Origin: Octopus vulgaris
Taxonomy: Eukaryota
Direction: 5' to 3'
Assembly: GCA_951406725.2 (NCBI GenBank)
Contig: OX597816.1
Coordinates: forward strand, 35,340,001 to 35,404,000
Length of the DNA: 64,000 nucleotides
Shown: positions 61,956 to 64,000 of the stretch, in pieces
Layout of the letters: every line of letters starts with the position of its first letter
Numbering within the stretch: the stretch's first letter is position 1
The notes under the pieces: model-generated
Databases searched by the model: none
The model's input: the letters and a program-made list of their open reading frames with translations, nothing else
Told to the model about the DNA's origin: nothing
Program-made: the position numbers and the translations under genes

Positions 61956-64000
61956 GTGTGTGTTTGTGTGTCTGCGTTTGTACCCCTAGCATTGCTTGAC
62001 AACCGATGCTGGTTTGTTTACGTCGCCGTCACTTAGCGGTTCGGCAAAAGAGACCGATAGAATAAGTACTGGGCTTCAAAGAATAAGTCCCGGGTCGATT
62101 TGCTCGACTAAAGGCGGTGCTCCAGCATGGCCGCAGTCAAATGACTGAAACATGTAAAAGAGTAAAAGAGTAAAAGAGATTGGATGACCAGAGAGAGGAC
62201 AGTACTCATTATGACTGATAAGAGCATGGATAATACAGATTCCTTAATACAGCCTGTAAGACTCTCCAGATATAGGCATGGAATTTGACATAGATAAGTG
62301 TGGAATATTAATCATAAGAAGGGGACAAGTAGTCAAATGCGACGTCTTCCAGTTACTAGATGTTGTCCTCCCTTCTCGTTCCTCAAAAAGACTCTCTTAT
62401 TCTATCGAAATAATCTGTTCTGCTCCAAACATTGGCTTAAAGTATCATAGTGAAACACAGAAATATATGATGGAAGCCAGGAAATTCAAATGCAGAATAG
62501 GCAAGCAATGAAAAGTGTTGAGAAAGTACAGTGATGAGGGTATTTAGGAATGATGGAAGCAGATGAAATAAAACATGAAGAAATCAAGCAAGTTAAAAGT
62601 AAAGAGTATACAAGGTGAGTGAGAATGTATGACAAAGTTCAACTTAAGAAATGTTATTGAAGCAACACATGCAAGGATTATCAGGCAGGCATGGATCTGG
62701 AATTGGAGATTAGACCAGAACAGACTTCCGAAACTTCACGGAAAAGCTAAGCTTTAACTTCGTATTGAGCCTACCATACAAACGCTGATATTTATTTGTT
62801 GTACTAAAAGAGAGACCAGGGTGGAAGAAAGTTAATTGCTAGGTACACATGTGTACAGGAAGGAAGAAAAGTCCAACTAGAATATTTAATGTACAGGGCA
62901 GAGAAATAAGTAAATAAATAGACAACGAATAAAAATAGGTGGTCAAAAATAGGCGAAGTAGTGACTGTGTGGTAAGTAGCTTGCTTACCAACCACATGGT
63001 TGCCACAAAATTCCTGCCATATAAGCTCCACGAAAGGAAGAAAGATGAAGAGAAAATAGGGAATTTCATCAAGATAACAACGGTATCAACAATCTGGAAG
63101 TTATTAATGATAGTTCCCGACCACAGAGTCCTCCGTAACAGACTAAATAGTTCTTTCTTGTCGGCGCCCAGAGTCTCCCCGAAAATGACGTCGCACTTCC
63201 TCGCCACGAATCAAGCGGAACAATCCACTGACCCCGTTGCCTGACTGGTAGAAGGTTGTGGGCGCCGGACGACATTCTAGGTGCTATGTGTCCATTTTGA
63301 TCTCTTCACGCAGGATGCAGCTCTGACACGGAAACTTGCTGCGGATCCCACATACGCTAACAGTCCAGAAATCGTTGCAGATGGCGTGACCTAAGAACGT
63401 GCCAGCGTATTGTGAGCAATTGAGAGCCATTCCCCACTGAGAGGATGCTGGCAACACACTGACCTCCTGGCCATTGGATCGCGTCCCTTCTCTGGTGTTG
63501 TTTGTTCTGATGTAATTCAGTATATCATTGAAATTTTTCGTTTCTTGGTTCAACTTCCAACGATCAACTTTTTGAAGGTTGCAAATAATGTCGCTATTAT
63601 TCTCCTGTAGTTTTGCCTTTATTCTGTCGTAGATTGCCTTTTGTTCATCTGTCATGTCACCATTAGATTTATTGTCTCCTTTTAGACCATCTATACGTCT
63701 CTCATCAAGTAAGCTACCACTGTTCCTTTCTGTCCTATGAGATTACTTTTATTAATAAGAACTGTATTTTCATTGTTATCTCTGCTGCTATTTTCTAAGA
63801 CCTGTGTTTCGGTAGCTTTGAGATCTACTTCTGTGAACCAACGATTTTCTCTTATTGTTCTAGCTTGATCACCCAGACTTGTTCCGTGAGTGGGAACGAT
63901 CATTTTTCCCTCCAATGATCATAAATACGTTGTCGGTAACTCCTAATTTGAGCACCATTTTCATCCACCGTGTTTCTCAGGTAGTAACACTCCATGATCA
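58909..64000 (+). repeat. Segmental duplication, copy 2 (runs off the window)
   Basis: Matches 50536-56260; contains SINE B (60997-61265), SINE A (61737-62178) and R4 and Tx1 fragments. Confidence 0.95.

Overview
AT-rich, microsatellite-dense animal genomic DNA. The SINE and LINE complement looks like octopus or another coleoid cephalopod (inference from recalled repeat families, not from a search). No intact protein-coding gene can be supported; most listed ORFs are microsatellite translations or decayed transposon frames. Contents: (i) a 4.2-16.3 kb pile-up of six co-oriented R4/Dong-type RLE non-LTR retrotransposons from about four families, five of them tailed by (TAA)n, including one near-full-length disrupted copy whose 5' end has a hammerhead-like fold; (ii) L1/Tx1, CR1, Penelope-like (Naiad-type) and mariner remnants; (iii) three tRNA-derived SINE types, Helentron/HINE-like elements and two MITEs, one of which carries a tRNA-like insert; (iv) a nested fold-back palindrome at 43.4-43.8 kb; (v) a segmental duplication of at least 5 kb (50.5-56.3 kb vs 58.9-64.0 kb) that starts exactly at a HINE 3' end. 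Missed by the ORF track is a tandem triplet of decayed two-exon genes for small secreted cysteine-rich peptides at 25.5-27.1 kb (minus strand), with weaker candidate relatives near 3, 20.6, 37.6 and 38.3 kb. All boundaries and alignments were read by eye and are approximate.
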